This document shows, piece after piece, positions 41,035 through 53,897 of a stretch of 64,000 bases of DNA (position 1 is the stretch's first letter; each line of letters opens with the position of its first letter). The translations under genes and the position numbers were made by a program. The stretch is from contig CAVYXJ010000001.1 in the NCBI GenBank assembly GCA_963772455.1, positions 1 to 64,000 on the forward strand, read 5' to 3'. Origin of the DNA: Candidatus Bathyarchaeota archaeon. Lineage in GTDB: Archaea; Thermoproteota; Bathyarchaeia; Bathyarchaeales; Bathycorpusculaceae. Under the pieces are notes generated by a model. It did not search any database. It had not been told where the DNA came from and saw nothing but the letters and a program-made list of their open reading frames with translations.

Positions 41035-42510
41035 GTGAGTAGCAGATGTGACGTATTAGTGATAGGGGCTGGCGTGATTGGCTGCGCTATCGCAAGAGAA
41101 CTATCAAAATTCAAAATAAAAATAGTGATGGTAGAGAAGGAAACCGATGTCGGTTCTGGTGTTAGCAGAGGCAACAGTGGAGTACTTCACACGGGTCTTT
41201 ACTATCCGAGGGGAAGTTTGAAGGCTAAACTGTGTGTTGAAGGGCGACTGATGTTTCCAGAGTTGGCAAAACAACTTGATGTACCATGCAAACTCTGCGG
41301 AAAACATGTAATTGCTCGAACGGAAGAGGAACTTGAGGACCTGGAAGACTTAAAAGCCGCGGGTGAAGGAAACGGAGTCAAGGGATTAAACATAATCTCT
41401 GGGGAAGAACTAAAACAGAGAGAACCCAATTTGGATGCCCTCTATGCGTTACATTCTCCTGTGGCTGGAATCGTTCCCCCCTATCTTTTTACGATTGCTC
41501 TAGCTGAGAATGCCTTAAACAATGGCGCGAAAGTTCACGTTAACAACCAAGTCTCCGCTATACAACAGGTAGACAGTGGTTACAAAGTCACAACAAATCA
41601 GTGTGTCTTCCATGCCGATTTCGTTGTGAATAGTGCGGGTCTTTTCGCAGATAGACTCTCCGCTATGATAGGTATTGATAATTACAAACTCTATCCTTGC
41701 CGTGGCGAATATCTTATCCTTGACAAAAATTGCCGCCAATTAATCAACAGTATGGTCTATCCAGTGCCGCCCAAAATCGCGGGAGTCTTGGGTGTTCATC
41801 TCACGCCCACATTAGATGGAAACATATTGATTGGACCTAGTGAAGAATTCATCAACGATCGAGAAGATACGAGAACAACCCAAGAAAAGATTCGGCAACT
41901 AATTGAGGGGGCGAAGAGTCTGCTTCCGTCTATACCCCTAAACCAAATTATCTATGGCTTTTCTGCAGTGAGGTCTAAGATTACTTCGCCAGAAGAGAAA
42001 GGGTCTCGTGACTTCATCATCCGAGAAGATGTTGAAAATTTCATCAACATGATAGGCATGGAGTCTCCTGGTCTCACGTCCTCTCCAGCCATTGCACGAT
42101 TGGTAGTTCAAATGATAAAAAAGAAAATGGATTTGAAGGAAAAAACAGATTTTAATCCTATCCGTAGAAGAATAATTCCTTTTAGTGAGGCATCAAGAAT
42201 AGAGCAAACTTCTTTGATAAAAGCAAACTCCGCATATGGTGAAATCATCTGCAGGTGTGAAAATGTCTCTAAAATGGAAGTCTTAGATGCATTGAACAAC
42301 CCAATTTCAGAGAAAACAATTTCCGCCGTGAAATACCGTACACGAGCGGGTATGGGCAGATGCCAGGGGGGCTTCTGCTTACCCAAAATTGTTGAAATTC
42401 TAAAAGAGGAATATGGGCTGTCCCCTGAAGAGATTAAGTTAAGAAATTTAAATTCGCCTATGTTCATCGGTGAAACTAAAGACCTGAGGAAGGGCAAAAA
42501 AAGTGAGTGA
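41035..42510 (+). CDS. GlpA/LhgO-like FAD-dependent oxidoreductase with C-terminal BFD-like [2Fe-2S] domain
   Basis: VIGAGVIG, S.GNSGVLHTG, RGEY, SPGLTSSPAIA and ICRCE...RAGMGRCQGGFC. Confidence 0.88.
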   Translation: MSSRCDVLVIGAGVIGCAIARELSKFKIKIVMVEKETDVGSGVSRGNSGVLHTGLYYPRGSLKAKLCVEGRLMFPELAKQLDVPCKLCGKHVIARTEEELEDLEDLKAAGEGNGVKGLNIISGEELKQREPNLDALYALHSPVAGIVPPYLFTIALAENALNNGAKVHVNNQVSAIQQVDSGYKVTTNQCVFHADFVVNSAGLFADRLSAMIGIDNYKLYPCRGEYLILDKNCRQLINSMVYPVPPKIAGVLGVHLTPTLDGNILIGPSEEFINDREDTRTTQEKIRQLIEGAKSLLPSIPLNQIIYGFSAVRSKITSPEEKGSRDFIIREDVENFINMIGMESPGLTSSPAIARLVVQMIKKKMDLKEKTDFNPIRRRIIPFSEASRIEQTSLIKANSAYGEIICRCENVSKMEVLDALNNPISEKTISAVKYRTRAGMGRCQGGFCLPKIVEILKEEYGLSPEEIKLRNLNSPMFIGETKDLRKGKKSE

Positions 42511-43756
42511 GTTACCGTCTCAAGATGTTGATTTGGTTGTGATAGGTGCTGGTCCAGCAGGGCTAGCCGCAGCGATCAGTGCACAGAAAAATGGTATTCA
42601 AAATTTGATTATCGTTGAAAGGAACGGTTGGCTCGGTGGTATTCTTCCCCAATGTGTACACGATGGTTTCGGTTTAGAACTATTTAAAGAACAAATGACT
42701 GGTCCGGAATATGCTCAAAGATATGTCGATGAAATGAAGAGATTAAAAATCCCATTTATGCTTGACAGTATGGTGCTTGAGGTCACGCCTGAAAAAAAGG
42801 TGTTAGTTGTTAGTCCTAGGGGGTTGTTTTGTTTTAACGCCAAAGCCATAGTTCTTGCTATGGGGTGTCGTGAGCGAACTCGTGGACAGATTTGCATTCC
42901 AGGAACAAGACCTGCTGGAGTGTATACTGCTGGAGTAGCCCAGAATCTCATTAATTTGAAGAATGTTATGGTTGGCAAAGACGTTGTTATTCTCGGTTCC
43001 GGGGACGTAGGATTGATTGTGGCTCGTCGGCTTACTCTAGAAGGCGCTAAAGTCCACGCCGTAGTCGAGATTCTTCCTCACACAAATGGTTTGCCTCGAA
43101 ATATTCAGCAATGCCTAATTGACTTTGACATTCCTCTTCTTCTCTCACATACAATCACTGATATTCATGGGCAGAATAGGGTTGAAGCAGTTACAATTTC
43201 TCCCGTCGATAAGGATTTGAAGCCAATCAAAGGAAAAGAGCAAAAGATTACTTGTGACACTGTCCTTCTCTCTGTAGGCTTGATCCCGGAAAATGACCTG
43301 TCAAAAAATTGTAATGTTAAACTAAGTCAAGTAACTGGAGGTGCCATCGTTGACGAAAATCTTGAGACATCTGTGTCTGGAATTTTTGCATGTGGGAACG
43401 CTCTTCATGTTCACGATTTAGTCGATTTTGTCACTCTTGAGGCGGAGAAGGCGGGAAAAAGCGCTGCAGAATACGTTTTAGGAAAGCTCCGAAAGGTGGA
43501 GAGAATTCCTGTAGAGGTAGGTAATAAAATTCGATACGTTTTACCTCAAAGCATCTGCCGTGGTGCTGACCTTGAGTTTTCGTTTCGTGTGACCTGCCCC
43601 GGAGAAGATGTGGATATTGGGTTTTTTGATGGAGAAACGCTGGTAAAGACAAAAAAGTTTCGTAAGGTTCATCCTGCTCAGATGATCAGGATAAAACTGA
43701 ATGAAAGCGAAACAAGTTCTATTAACTCACTAAAAATCGAGGTTTTAAAGAAATGA
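42503..43756 (+). CDS. NAD(P)/FAD-dependent oxidoreductase, partner subunit
   Basis: IGAGPAGLAAA, GGILPQCVHDGFG, MGCRER, ILGSGDVGL and ACGNALHVHDLVD. Confidence 0.88.
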   Translation: MSELPSQDVDLVVIGAGPAGLAAAISAQKNGIQNLIIVERNGWLGGILPQCVHDGFGLELFKEQMTGPEYAQRYVDEMKRLKIPFMLDSMVLEVTPEKKVLVVSPRGLFCFNAKAIVLAMGCRERTRGQICIPGTRPAGVYTAGVAQNLINLKNVMVGKDVVILGSGDVGLIVARRLTLEGAKVHAVVEILPHTNGLPRNIQQCLIDFDIPLLLSHTITDIHGQNRVEAVTISPVDKDLKPIKGKEQKITCDTVLLSVGLIPENDLSKNCNVKLSQVTGGAIVDENLETSVSGIFACGNALHVHDLVDFVTLEAEKAGKSAAEYVLGKLRKVERIPVEVGNKIRYVLPQSICRGADLEFSFRVTCPGEDVDIGFFDGETLVKTKKFRKVHPAQMIRIKLNESETSSINSLKIEVLKK

Positions 43757-44121
43757 AGAAGGAAATGTTCTGTATCGGCTGTCCTATGGGCTGTTTTCTC
43801 AGTGTTGATTATATCAGGGCAAAAATACGTGGCGTCAGCGGAAATCGATGCAAAGTTGGGCTGGAATATGCGGAAACGGAGATTTCCAATCCTGAACGAA
43901 CACTTACAACTACCTTGAAAGTAAAACATGGTAATCTTCCTTTAGTCAGTGTGAGAACTAACAAACCAATACCTAAAAGTAGAATCTTAGACCTTATGAA
44001 TTTACTAGGAAAAGTTGAAGTGGAAGCACCCATAAAAATCGGAGAACCAATAATCGAAAACATCTTCAATGCAGGCATTAATATAGTGGCTACAAAAAAC
44101 ATCACAAAAAAGACAAACTGA
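43753..44121 (+). CDS. DUF1667 small Cys-containing (Fe-S) subunit
   Basis: CIGCPMGC, GNRC, P.RTLTTT and V.APIKIG. Confidence 0.85.
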   Translation: MKKEMFCIGCPMGCFLSVDYIRAKIRGVSGNRCKVGLEYAETEISNPERTLTTTLKVKHGNLPLVSVRTNKPIPKSRILDLMNLLGKVEVEAPIKIGEPIIENIFNAGINIVATKNITKKTN

Positions 44122-44370
44122 CGTTAGTTAGTTGAGTATATGAGTATACATGAAGCGCAAAAGTTTGTCTCCCGTATGCGGCTGGACAATAAAAGCACCA
44201 TTCACCGAAAAAGTCTACAGGAACAAATAAAGAAGCACCTCGAAGACCAAAAACCTTAATCGATAAAATAGCAAGACGCAGCCGTTGTGGGAGTAAAAAA
44301 GGTGGTTAAACTACACTAGTTTGAGATAGGGCAATTTGTCCTTGACATTACATCCTTTTTTAAAGCTTTA

Positions 44371-44922
44371 GAAATGCGCACAAATTAGTTTTTTATGTTT
44401 TGACTTCTAATTAATCTATTGAGTAGGTGCTGTGCTGGTACATTTAAGCACTATTGGTTTGGTATTCTTTAGTGATTGAGGTTCCTCAAACGTTCAACTA
44501 TTGGGTCAAGTCCAGTATTTGCTAACCGTTTTAAAGTTTTCTTCGCCAGCGATCAATTATCTCAAAGCTTCAGCGTTACAGCTTATCAATCCAGCAGTAA
44601 GTATCGCAGCCTTCTTCACCAAACTTCTTGGCCGCACCCCACTATTTCAGACTTTTTTTTGGACTGACCATTAAATTGTTCAACAACATCGCGGCTAGTC
44701 TTAAAGGCTTAACATACCTGATTTTCTTGCGTTTTTCTCGTCTGGATTAGGAGCAATAACCGGCTTTACATCTAAGACGTTAACCGCTTTAGAATTCGCT
44801 TTGAATCATATTCCGCATCTGCTAAACGTTATCTGCCTCCAAATCCTCAATGAGTCCAGGAAGAAACGGTGAATTGTAACGGTTTCCAGTTGTAATAACT
44901 ACTCTCGAAGGTAAACAACTTT
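44371..44922 (-). mobile_element. 3' remnant of an IS4/IS5-type DDE transposase plus element end
   Basis: Minus-strand fragments LPSRVVITTGNRYNSPFLPGLIEDLEA, ADAEYDS, PVIAPNP, VVEQFNG, WVRPRSLVKKAA and KTVSKYWT*, with stops and frameshifts. Confidence 0.75.
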
Positions 44923-44923
44923 A

Positions 44924-44964
44924 GTAAACGTCATCTTACTCCCTTAGTGGGAGATGGCGTTTAC
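44924..44964. other. Stem-loop at the truncation point of the transposase remnant
   Basis: gtaaacgtcatct (44924-44936) pairs with agatggcgtttac (44952-44964), with one G:T. Confidence 0.5.
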
Positions 44965-45434
44965 CTAAATGTATTACTAATCAAACATTAAATCTAAAAT
45001 TTCATAAACTGTTTATGTAATAAGAGCGGGAGAAGGATTTTGAAACGGTAACTCTGAGTATTTTGATTTCAAGTATTATTATTTATTTAAGAAGTTACAT
45101 GGGTATTTTGATGCATTTTAATAGTATCCTTGCTTCGAGTAATAATTACATAGCTTCAAAAATTAATACGGCCAATGATTATAGTTAAAAATTCTATTTG
45201 CATGTGTTCATTCACGTAAGATGAAAATTCTCAATAGTTTCTCTCTATTGCATAAGAATTAGAAGCTTAATAAAGTCGCACCTTCATTAAAATTCCTATG
45301 CATCATCCTGTGGTTCATTGTTAGGGTCCTATTTTAGTCGGATCAAAACCAAACCAAAACCCAAACTATTGGTTCACTAAGATTGAATCATGTTTGTGCT
45401 TTGACCCTTGGATGTAATTATGAGGCTTTACACA

Positions 45435-45496
45435 GTCAGAAATGTTGCTGAAATTTTTAAACGCATAATGATAGAATTTGTAAATGAAAACAGTAA
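45435..45496 (+). repeat. Degenerate copy of the 3' end of the GT2 gene (36698-36759)
   Basis: gtcagaaatgttgctgaaatttttaaacgcataatgatagaatttgtaaatgaaaacagtaa versus gtcaagaatggtgccgaaatttttaaacgcataatgctagaattcgtaaatgaaaacagtaa. Confidence 0.88.
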
Positions 45497-45884
45497 TAAA
45501 TTTAATTAAAGCATTGTTAATAATAAATATGTCTTCTTTTTTATGAACAGTTAAATTTTTAAGAGCTGAATGTTGGAAACAACATATTAAACTGATTCTT
45601 AAAGGTAAAGTATTTTTTAGTTTAATCGAAGAGTGTAAAAGCTGATGTTTTCCCAATAGTAGGGAGAAGGAAAATTATGACTAATTTTTTTCTGAGTGGA
45701 TTAATTTTTTGTTATTTCATCGGCTAAGATGGTTAAGCTTGGTCAATAAAATCGTATTTTGGGATGGCATTGTTAAATCATGTGCACATGTTTTGAATTT
45801 TGAAATATTCTAATTTAATGGACAATGCCTATAAAGGATTATTCACGATTTATTAAATTGCGTTGAGACAAAATTGGTGCTCAA

Positions 45885-47151
<1,267 letters not shown>

Positions 47152-47781
47152 ACTAAAGCTCGGCTCTCGTTTTGTTTAATTTATTCTATAAGTTTTGAGA
47201 AAGTTTTGAATGTGCAGTTTGCATTTGGCTTCAGTTTTAGAGCCAATTTCATGTTTCAAGGAATAAATTTTAACTGAGTGAATGAGAGTTAGTAACACGG
47301 TGGAGATTCGTTAATCATGTCAATGATTCAGAGTTATTCGACTGTCGGTTTTACAGATGCAGCATCCTTCGCAAAATCACATTAATTTTCATAAAGAAAA
47401 TAAAGTAGTTGAGAAATTATCTCAAATAACGAATTGTAATGACCAACTTATTATATCTATGAACTTTTTCAATATTTTTGAGCTTAAGCCAAAAAGTTAT
47501 TTTGAAAAGTCGCTTTAGAGTAAAAACACCGCCCTTAATTAATGAGGTAATTGGGTCTCAAATAAATTGTTCTCAAATCTGAAACGTGTGGTGGGTAATA
47601 AGGCAGGATGTCTTTAGTTGCACTTTTTGTATTTTAGTTAATTTGTTGTTGAAGGATTTTGAGCGGCTATGTTGATCGGGTATGCGAAGATCACTTTGCA
47701 AATTTTCCAATTTTAATTGACACACTAAGCGTTAGAATTAACAAACACGGTTAGCAGGCTTCTCAAAAACTGATAAATAAA

Positions 47782-49846
47782 ATGCAATCGATAAGACGAC
47801 TGAAAATTAAGAAAGAGAAAAAAATGAAAACACAGCTTAGATACGATAAGACAAGCCCAGCTCATAGAAAGCTTTCGAAAACAAAAATTTCCGGAAACTC
47901 AATTAAGCACGTTTACAGGGGAATACTTGGTGAAACAAAAAAGCAAGTTGTAATAACTCTTTTAATCTCTGTTCTTTTGTTGTCTCCATTTTTTCTAAGC
48001 CTGTCCGCAGCGACAACAACGATCGGTCAAACAACTGTAGGCAATAACTCTGCATGGCAATCTGGCGGCGTAATGGTTGGCTCTAGGTTCACTGCTTCTG
48101 GTGGTACTCCTGTTAGTATGTCTGTCTATATCGCACAATCTGGTAGTTCATCGAATACGGCAAAGTGTGCAATCTATTCAGAATCTAATAAACAGCTTAT
48201 TGCGGTTACTGAACAGAAAACTATTCCTGCTGGATTTAATGGTTGGCTGACCTTCAACTTTGGTTCTTCGTCATCTTTGACTTCAGGATCAAGTTATAGT
48301 TTAGTCGTCTGGTTTAAGAATTCAGCGAGTACGGTACGGTACAGTTCTGGTAGTGCTGCCCAAACTTGGTATGCTATTCAATCATACACAGGTAGTTTCC
48401 CAAATGGACCATACAGTAGCCTAGGCAGCTATGGACAAGAAAACAACGTGTACTCAATATACTGCACTTTAAACGCTGATGTAACCTCATCACCATCACC
48501 GTCTACATCACCCAGTCCATCATCTGTCACCAACACCACCAACTTCGTCATCTACGTTTGGTCAAACAGCCCAGGGCAATAATGCAGCATGGCAACCTAG
48601 TAACCTAATGGTCGGCTCAAGGTTTACTGCTTCAAGTACAGGAACGCTAAATTCTGTTACTGTATACATAACTAACGGTGCGTCCACATCGAACAATGTT
48701 AAATGCGCAGTATATTCTGAAACAAACAAAGCGTTAGTAGCTATTAGTCAAGAATTAACAATAAGCGGTAGAGCTTCAGGATGGTTCACGTTCCCAACGA
48801 CAACATCTCCGTCTATAGATGCAGGTCAACGATACAGTTTAGTAGTATGGCTTCAGAGCGCTAATTGTTATCTGCCCTATGCTTCAGGTTCTTCAAGTCA
48901 AAGCTGGTACACTCAAGGATCATACGGCACTTTTCCATCAACGTACAATACCAATGGTCAAGAAAACAACGTTTATTCACTTTATGCAACCATAGCACCA
49001 ACAGGACCAATTCCACAAAACCCAACTCCAACACAAACACCTATCCCCACATCTACACCAACATCAATAACACCACCTCAATCAGCAACAAATGGTGAAC
49101 TTTATTTGTGGACTGGTTTCTGGATGACTGCTGGCGACAACAACGCTAAGAGAATTGCTAATGCTCGAGATACTAACGGTGTAAACATATGGATAGATGC
49201 CGGTAATTATGGAGGTCCTCACTTAACCTCATCTTTGATCAACTATTTTCACGCACATGGCGTAAAGGTTGTTAATCGATTGTGGAGTGACGGTGGAAAC
49301 GTGCCTCTAAACACAATATTGCATACTTCTGATTCATCTGGCCATAGTAGAGGTTCTGTCGACTATCAATTGAGTATCGGACCCGAAATTGATGCTTTTA
49401 TGATTGACGAATGCGACCAATGGAACCATGCATCGTATTACGAGGCTATCGCTGATTATGTTCACAGCAAAGGAAAATTGTTGTTTGTGAATACAGGCAC
49501 CCACAATATTGAAGCGAGAACATGCACATATGCAGATAAGATAAGCACGGAGTTTAGTTGGTACCAATTTATTAATTCGCCACAGCATGCTTCCTTGATT
49601 GCAGCGTATCCTCAAAAATTCATCGGCGTCACTAAGGACTATATGTACGATATCAATTTTGTTTATTGTCCACCTCGGTCTGCAAGCGGTGATAGACCTG
49701 CTTACAATGCTCCTTTGTCTTTAAGCCGTGCTACTTGGGAAACAAAAACTGCTTGGGCTGGTGGCGTTTTTTGTATGGCTGCTACACCTGCGGATAATGG
49801 TTATCTTCCCACTTGGTTTGAGCAATACGTCGCAGCTTTGTGTTAG
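47782..49846 (+). CDS. Secreted protein with two repeated beta-sandwich domains and a spherulation-specific family 4 (Sph3/GH135)-like domain; frameshift near 48520
   Basis: Repeat GQT..GNN.AWQ....MVGSRFTAS...KCA.YSE.NK...YSLVVW...GQENNVYS occurs twice (the second begins upstream of 48608 in the same frame). C-terminal IDAFMIDE, YY..IADYVH, FVNTG and ADKISTE. Confidence 0.65.
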
Positions 49847-50397
49847 TTAACCTATAACATTCCCTTATTTTTTTTTGCTTGGTTTTGTACATGAATTTAA
49901 TGAAGGATCATTAACGTGATCATTATAGTTTATATTGGGATAAAAATTCTTTAATCTATTACCCTTGACTATATCGAATTATTAAATCACTTTTACCTTA
50001 ATATCAATAGACCAATATTTAGCTCTAAAGTCTGTTTTCTGAAGAGTGCCCTTCAAACACTACTTCAAAACTCTAACTTTGAAGGCAAAACATTTTATTG
50101 ATACTATCTACATTACTCACTTAGGTTAAAAAACTTCGATTAATAGTCGATATAAAGTCAATTTAAACAACTATTTTTTCAGATTAAATTTGTGTCTATC
50201 TTCCATGCTTCTGATTGCCTCGGATATATTATGTATGGATGAATATTATTAATTCTCAAGTAATAAATAGAAGTTCTTGTTACTATGGGTATACTTCCTA
50301 TGGATTTAGCTATAAAATGCTCATCCGCTCTTGTCAAAGAGGGATTTAGTAATGGGGAGTTCAATTAAATACTGTTTTAAAACCAACATTCGCAAAC

Positions 50398-51411
50398 GTG
50401 TTTAACTTTCTTAAAAAAATAGGACTGCTAAAAAATATGGATAGACTTAAGGTCGCTGTAATAGGTTTAGGCAAAATGGGTCTGCTTCATTCCTGTATTC
50501 TCGGTACCATTCCTACCGTTGAAGTTACAGCCTTTTGTGACAAAAGTACAATGCTACGTAAGTTAGCTAAAAAGTTGTTTAAAAATACTATTGTAGTAGA
50601 CGATGTGGAAAAGCTAACCGATTTATCTCTTGATTGTGCTTTCGTTACTGCGCCTATCCCTGCTCATTTTCCAATAGTCAATGCTCTGTATTCAAAGAAT
50701 ATAACAAACAATGTGTTTGTTGAAAAGACCCTTGCTTCAAGCTGGAACAAAGCCAATGAATTATGTGATTTGTCGAAAGAATCAGGGGTCAACATGGTTG
50801 GCTATATGAAGCGGTTTAGCTCAACCTTCATAAAAGCCAGAAATCTCTTGTCTGAAAATGTTTTGGGCGACTTGATTTCATTTCATGGAACCGCTTTCTC
50901 TTCAGACTTCGCAGCTTGTAGCAAGTCCTCAAAAGGCATTTCGAGAGGCGGAGTTCTAAGTGACTTAGGTTCTCATATCATAGACTTAGCGTTATGGTTT
51001 TTTGGTGACTTTAAGGTTGAAAAGGCTTTAATAAAATCAATTATAGGTGAAAATTCCGAAGATTCTGTTAATTTTATGGTTAGACAATCAGGTCTATCGG
51101 GAGAGTTTGATATTTCCTGGTGCAAAGAAAATTACCGTATGCCAAACTTTGGTTTAACCGTTCATGGAACAAATGGTATTTTGACAGTTAACGATTATAG
51201 TGTAGTCTTAGAACCTACTGGCGGAAAAAAAGTCCAGTGGTATCGACCTGAACTAAATGATCATGTTCCCTTTTTACTTGGTGAGCCAGAATATTATCGC
51301 GAGGACGAACATTTTGTCAAATCGATATTGACAGGCGAAAAGGCTGAACCTAGTTTTAAGACGGCTTCCAAAGTTGATCAAGTAATTGAACAGGTTAAAC
51401 AAGAGGTTTGA
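50398..51411 (+). CDS. Gfo/Idh/MocA-family NAD(P) oxidoreductase
   Basis: AVIGLGKMG, VFVEKTLA, MVGYMKRF and GGVLSDLGSHIID. Confidence 0.92.
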   Translation: MFNFLKKIGLLKNMDRLKVAVIGLGKMGLLHSCILGTIPTVEVTAFCDKSTMLRKLAKKLFKNTIVVDDVEKLTDLSLDCAFVTAPIPAHFPIVNALYSKNITNNVFVEKTLASSWNKANELCDLSKESGVNMVGYMKRFSSTFIKARNLLSENVLGDLISFHGTAFSSDFAACSKSSKGISRGGVLSDLGSHIIDLALWFFGDFKVEKALIKSIIGENSEDSVNFMVRQSGLSGEFDISWCKENYRMPNFGLTVHGTNGILTVNDYSVVLEPTGGKKVQWYRPELNDHVPFLLGEPEYYREDEHFVKSILTGEKAEPSFKTASKVDQVIEQVKQEV

Positions 51412-52316
51412 AAATGTCATTCGTTGGAAAAAAATTCCTCCTAGTTGGCGATAATCCATTTCATGGAATAAGCCACATTTCTGATGATAGGGCCAGAGCT
51501 AGGGGAGCCGAGATAAACAACTCTATTTATGCTGCAAAACTGGTAAAGACCTCACTGGATAATGGGGCTTCCGGCTTCATGTTTTCAGTAAGTGACACTA
51601 CTCTATCCATTTTGCGCTTACTCACAGAAGGTGCAAGTAGCCGTTCTCCAACTTTATATGCCATCGTTCCTTACGCCTATGAATATGTTAGAATAGCAAC
51701 TAACCTGGGCACTGTTGGATTAGCCAAAAAACTCACTAAACAAATGGTGCTTTCAGGAAATGTTGGAGCAATCGGAGCTAGTCTGAAGTTCCTAGCAACA
51801 ATGAACCCCAAGGATCTTCTCAAAGCCTACTTACTCTATGAACTCTCAAGGACAAAAGACGCAATCGGCACCCGTTTCATTTTGGAATCAATGATGCTCC
51901 ATGAAGTAATTACCGAGATAATTCTATCACTTAACTTGGACTGGCTTGCAAAATCTTACATCGATCTATCCTTAGAACTCGGCATGAAGCCAGGATTCGA
52001 AACAAGGAATTTCGCATATTTAGTCAAGAAATTTAATGAATGGGCTATTGATTTTTCTAAAATATCAATCGCAACACCTTTCAACAGATTAGGATTTCAA
52101 ATGAATCCATCCAGAAAAGATTGCGAGAAAGCGTTAATGGAGGTCTCAGAATGCAATCTGATTGCTATGAGCTCATTAGCCTCAGGGTATCTTACCCTTT
52201 CTGAAGCGGCTGACTACTTAGAAAACTTGCCGAGCATAAAGGGCGTTGTCATAGGCGTTTCGAGAGAAAAACAGGCTCTCGAGACATTCAAATATATGAA
52301 GGAAAAACTAGGATAA
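51408..52316 (+). CDS. Hypothetical protein, possibly an aldo/keto-reductase-like barrel
   Basis: LLVGDNPFHGISH, PFNRLGFQMNP, IAMSSLASG and VVIGVS; 4-bp overlap with the upstream gene. Confidence 0.6.
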   Translation: MKMSFVGKKFLLVGDNPFHGISHISDDRARARGAEINNSIYAAKLVKTSLDNGASGFMFSVSDTTLSILRLLTEGASSRSPTLYAIVPYAYEYVRIATNLGTVGLAKKLTKQMVLSGNVGAIGASLKFLATMNPKDLLKAYLLYELSRTKDAIGTRFILESMMLHEVITEIILSLNLDWLAKSYIDLSLELGMKPGFETRNFAYLVKKFNEWAIDFSKISIATPFNRLGFQMNPSRKDCEKALMEVSECNLIAMSSLASGYLTLSEAADYLENLPSIKGVVIGVSREKQALETFKYMKEKLG

Positions 52317-52621
52317 GAAACTTTTAATGAGAAACATCAAAACGACATTATTAGAACTAAATATTCAAGTAAATTATCGATATCTCATCCTTCAGCACTT
52401 GAGTCATCGGGAAAACTTGTGGGCAGTCAGTTCAATTACGCGAATTAAGAATTGTAAGAGCAATTAAAGCTGACAGAATTCTTTTTGTTGTTCCTTAAAG
52501 GTTGTTTAATGCATTGGAAGATATTTGCTTCCATAAACAACTTTATTTATAGAAAATTGGAATAGCTTGAAAAGTTAAATCGGAACAATCCAAACATTAG
52601 ACATATCAACTAATTAAGAGG

Positions 52622-53851
52622 ATGAAAATGGATTCTTTGAGTTTATGTATGCTTGCCCCTGAATTCTTCCCAGTTTGGGGAGGCGTCGGTTCATATATCG
52701 TTGAGCTAGTAAAGTCTCTACCTGAAAATGTCGATATTCATGTATTAACCCTAAAACGCAAAATTGCGGGGATCCAAGACATCAACACCCGATGCAACGA
52801 AATGAATTCGATATTTGGAAGACCAATAGATATCCATTATTTATCGGTGTCAAATGAGACTTTTTTTTACAATCTTCCTTTTCAACTTGCTTGCTTCAAA
52901 AAGATTCCTGAATTAAACAAGAAATACAAATTCGATATAATACATTCTCACCTGTGTCACATGCCTGATGTTTTTCAAAAGTTATTTAATCGAATTCAAG
53001 TTCCAACGATTTTAACATTGCACGGTACAATTCAAATGCTTAGAGATCAAGCTCTATTAGCTCAGTCCAGTTTTACAGATCTTGAATCAGGAGAAGAATC
53101 GATTCTCAAGTTTTATCCAATAATAGAATTATTGCAGCAAAATTATGTGAAACGTGTATCTAGATTTATAGCTGTCTCTAATGCCACCAAGCAACTTGCC
53201 GCGGAACAACTTAAAGTTGATAAAAATAAGATTGAGGTTGTTTACAATGGTGTTGATACACATTTCTTTACTCCGCCCACTAAAGAAGAAACCGCTACAA
53301 AATATCGGACCCCCACAATTGTGTATGTTGGACGTTTGGTCTCTAAGAAAGGCATCCATATATTGATTAAAGCTATGCCTGAGGTTTTAAAACATTTTCC
53401 AGAAGCTAAATTCTTGTTCGTTGGAGGTGGAAACATACCATTGTACCAGCAACTAATTAGATCAATGCAAATCCCTGACAAAAATTTTTCATTTACTGGA
53501 CATTTAGGTTATTACGAGCGCCCAAAAATAATTCGTGAAGCAACTGTTTCTGTGAACCCTTCTTTTTTTGAAAATTGTTCTTTAAGCATTTTGGAGGCAA
53601 TGAGCTGTGGCAGTGCTACGGTGGCGAGTATCGCTGGCGGCAATCCAGAAATAATAGAAAATGGTAAGAATGGCTTGTTGGTGCCAGCATTCGATCATGA
53701 AAGTTTAGGTAAAGCCATAATCTCTCTCTTAGATAACGAGAATCTCAATAAAGAGCTTGGCAGTGCAGCGAGGCAAACAATAGAGAATTCATTCTCATCT
53801 GAAATTTTTGCTCAAAAAACTTACGATGCCTATAGAAATACTATTATTTAG
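52622..53851 (+). CDS. GT4 glycosyltransferase
   Basis: PEFFPVWGGVG, VVYNGVD, YVGRL..KKG and ENCSLSILEAMSCG. Confidence 0.93.
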   Translation: MKMDSLSLCMLAPEFFPVWGGVGSYIVELVKSLPENVDIHVLTLKRKIAGIQDINTRCNEMNSIFGRPIDIHYLSVSNETFFYNLPFQLACFKKIPELNKKYKFDIIHSHLCHMPDVFQKLFNRIQVPTILTLHGTIQMLRDQALLAQSSFTDLESGEESILKFYPIIELLQQNYVKRVSRFIAVSNATKQLAAEQLKVDKNKIEVVYNGVDTHFFTPPTKEETATKYRTPTIVYVGRLVSKKGIHILIKAMPEVLKHFPEAKFLFVGGGNIPLYQQLIRSMQIPDKNFSFTGHLGYYERPKIIREATVSVNPSFFENCSLSILEAMSCGSATVASIAGGNPEIIENGKNGLLVPAFDHESLGKAIISLLDNENLNKELGSAARQTIENSFSSEIFAQKTYDAYRNTII

Positions 53852-53897
53852 AGTAGAGCTTTTGGAAAACATAATAGAAAGTTAGAAAGGTGTACGT

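Noticed and set aside
44150-44260. Remnant resembling a small Zn-binding protein (PVCGWTIKAPF...EQIKKHLED)
   Set aside because: Too short and frame-broken to support a call.
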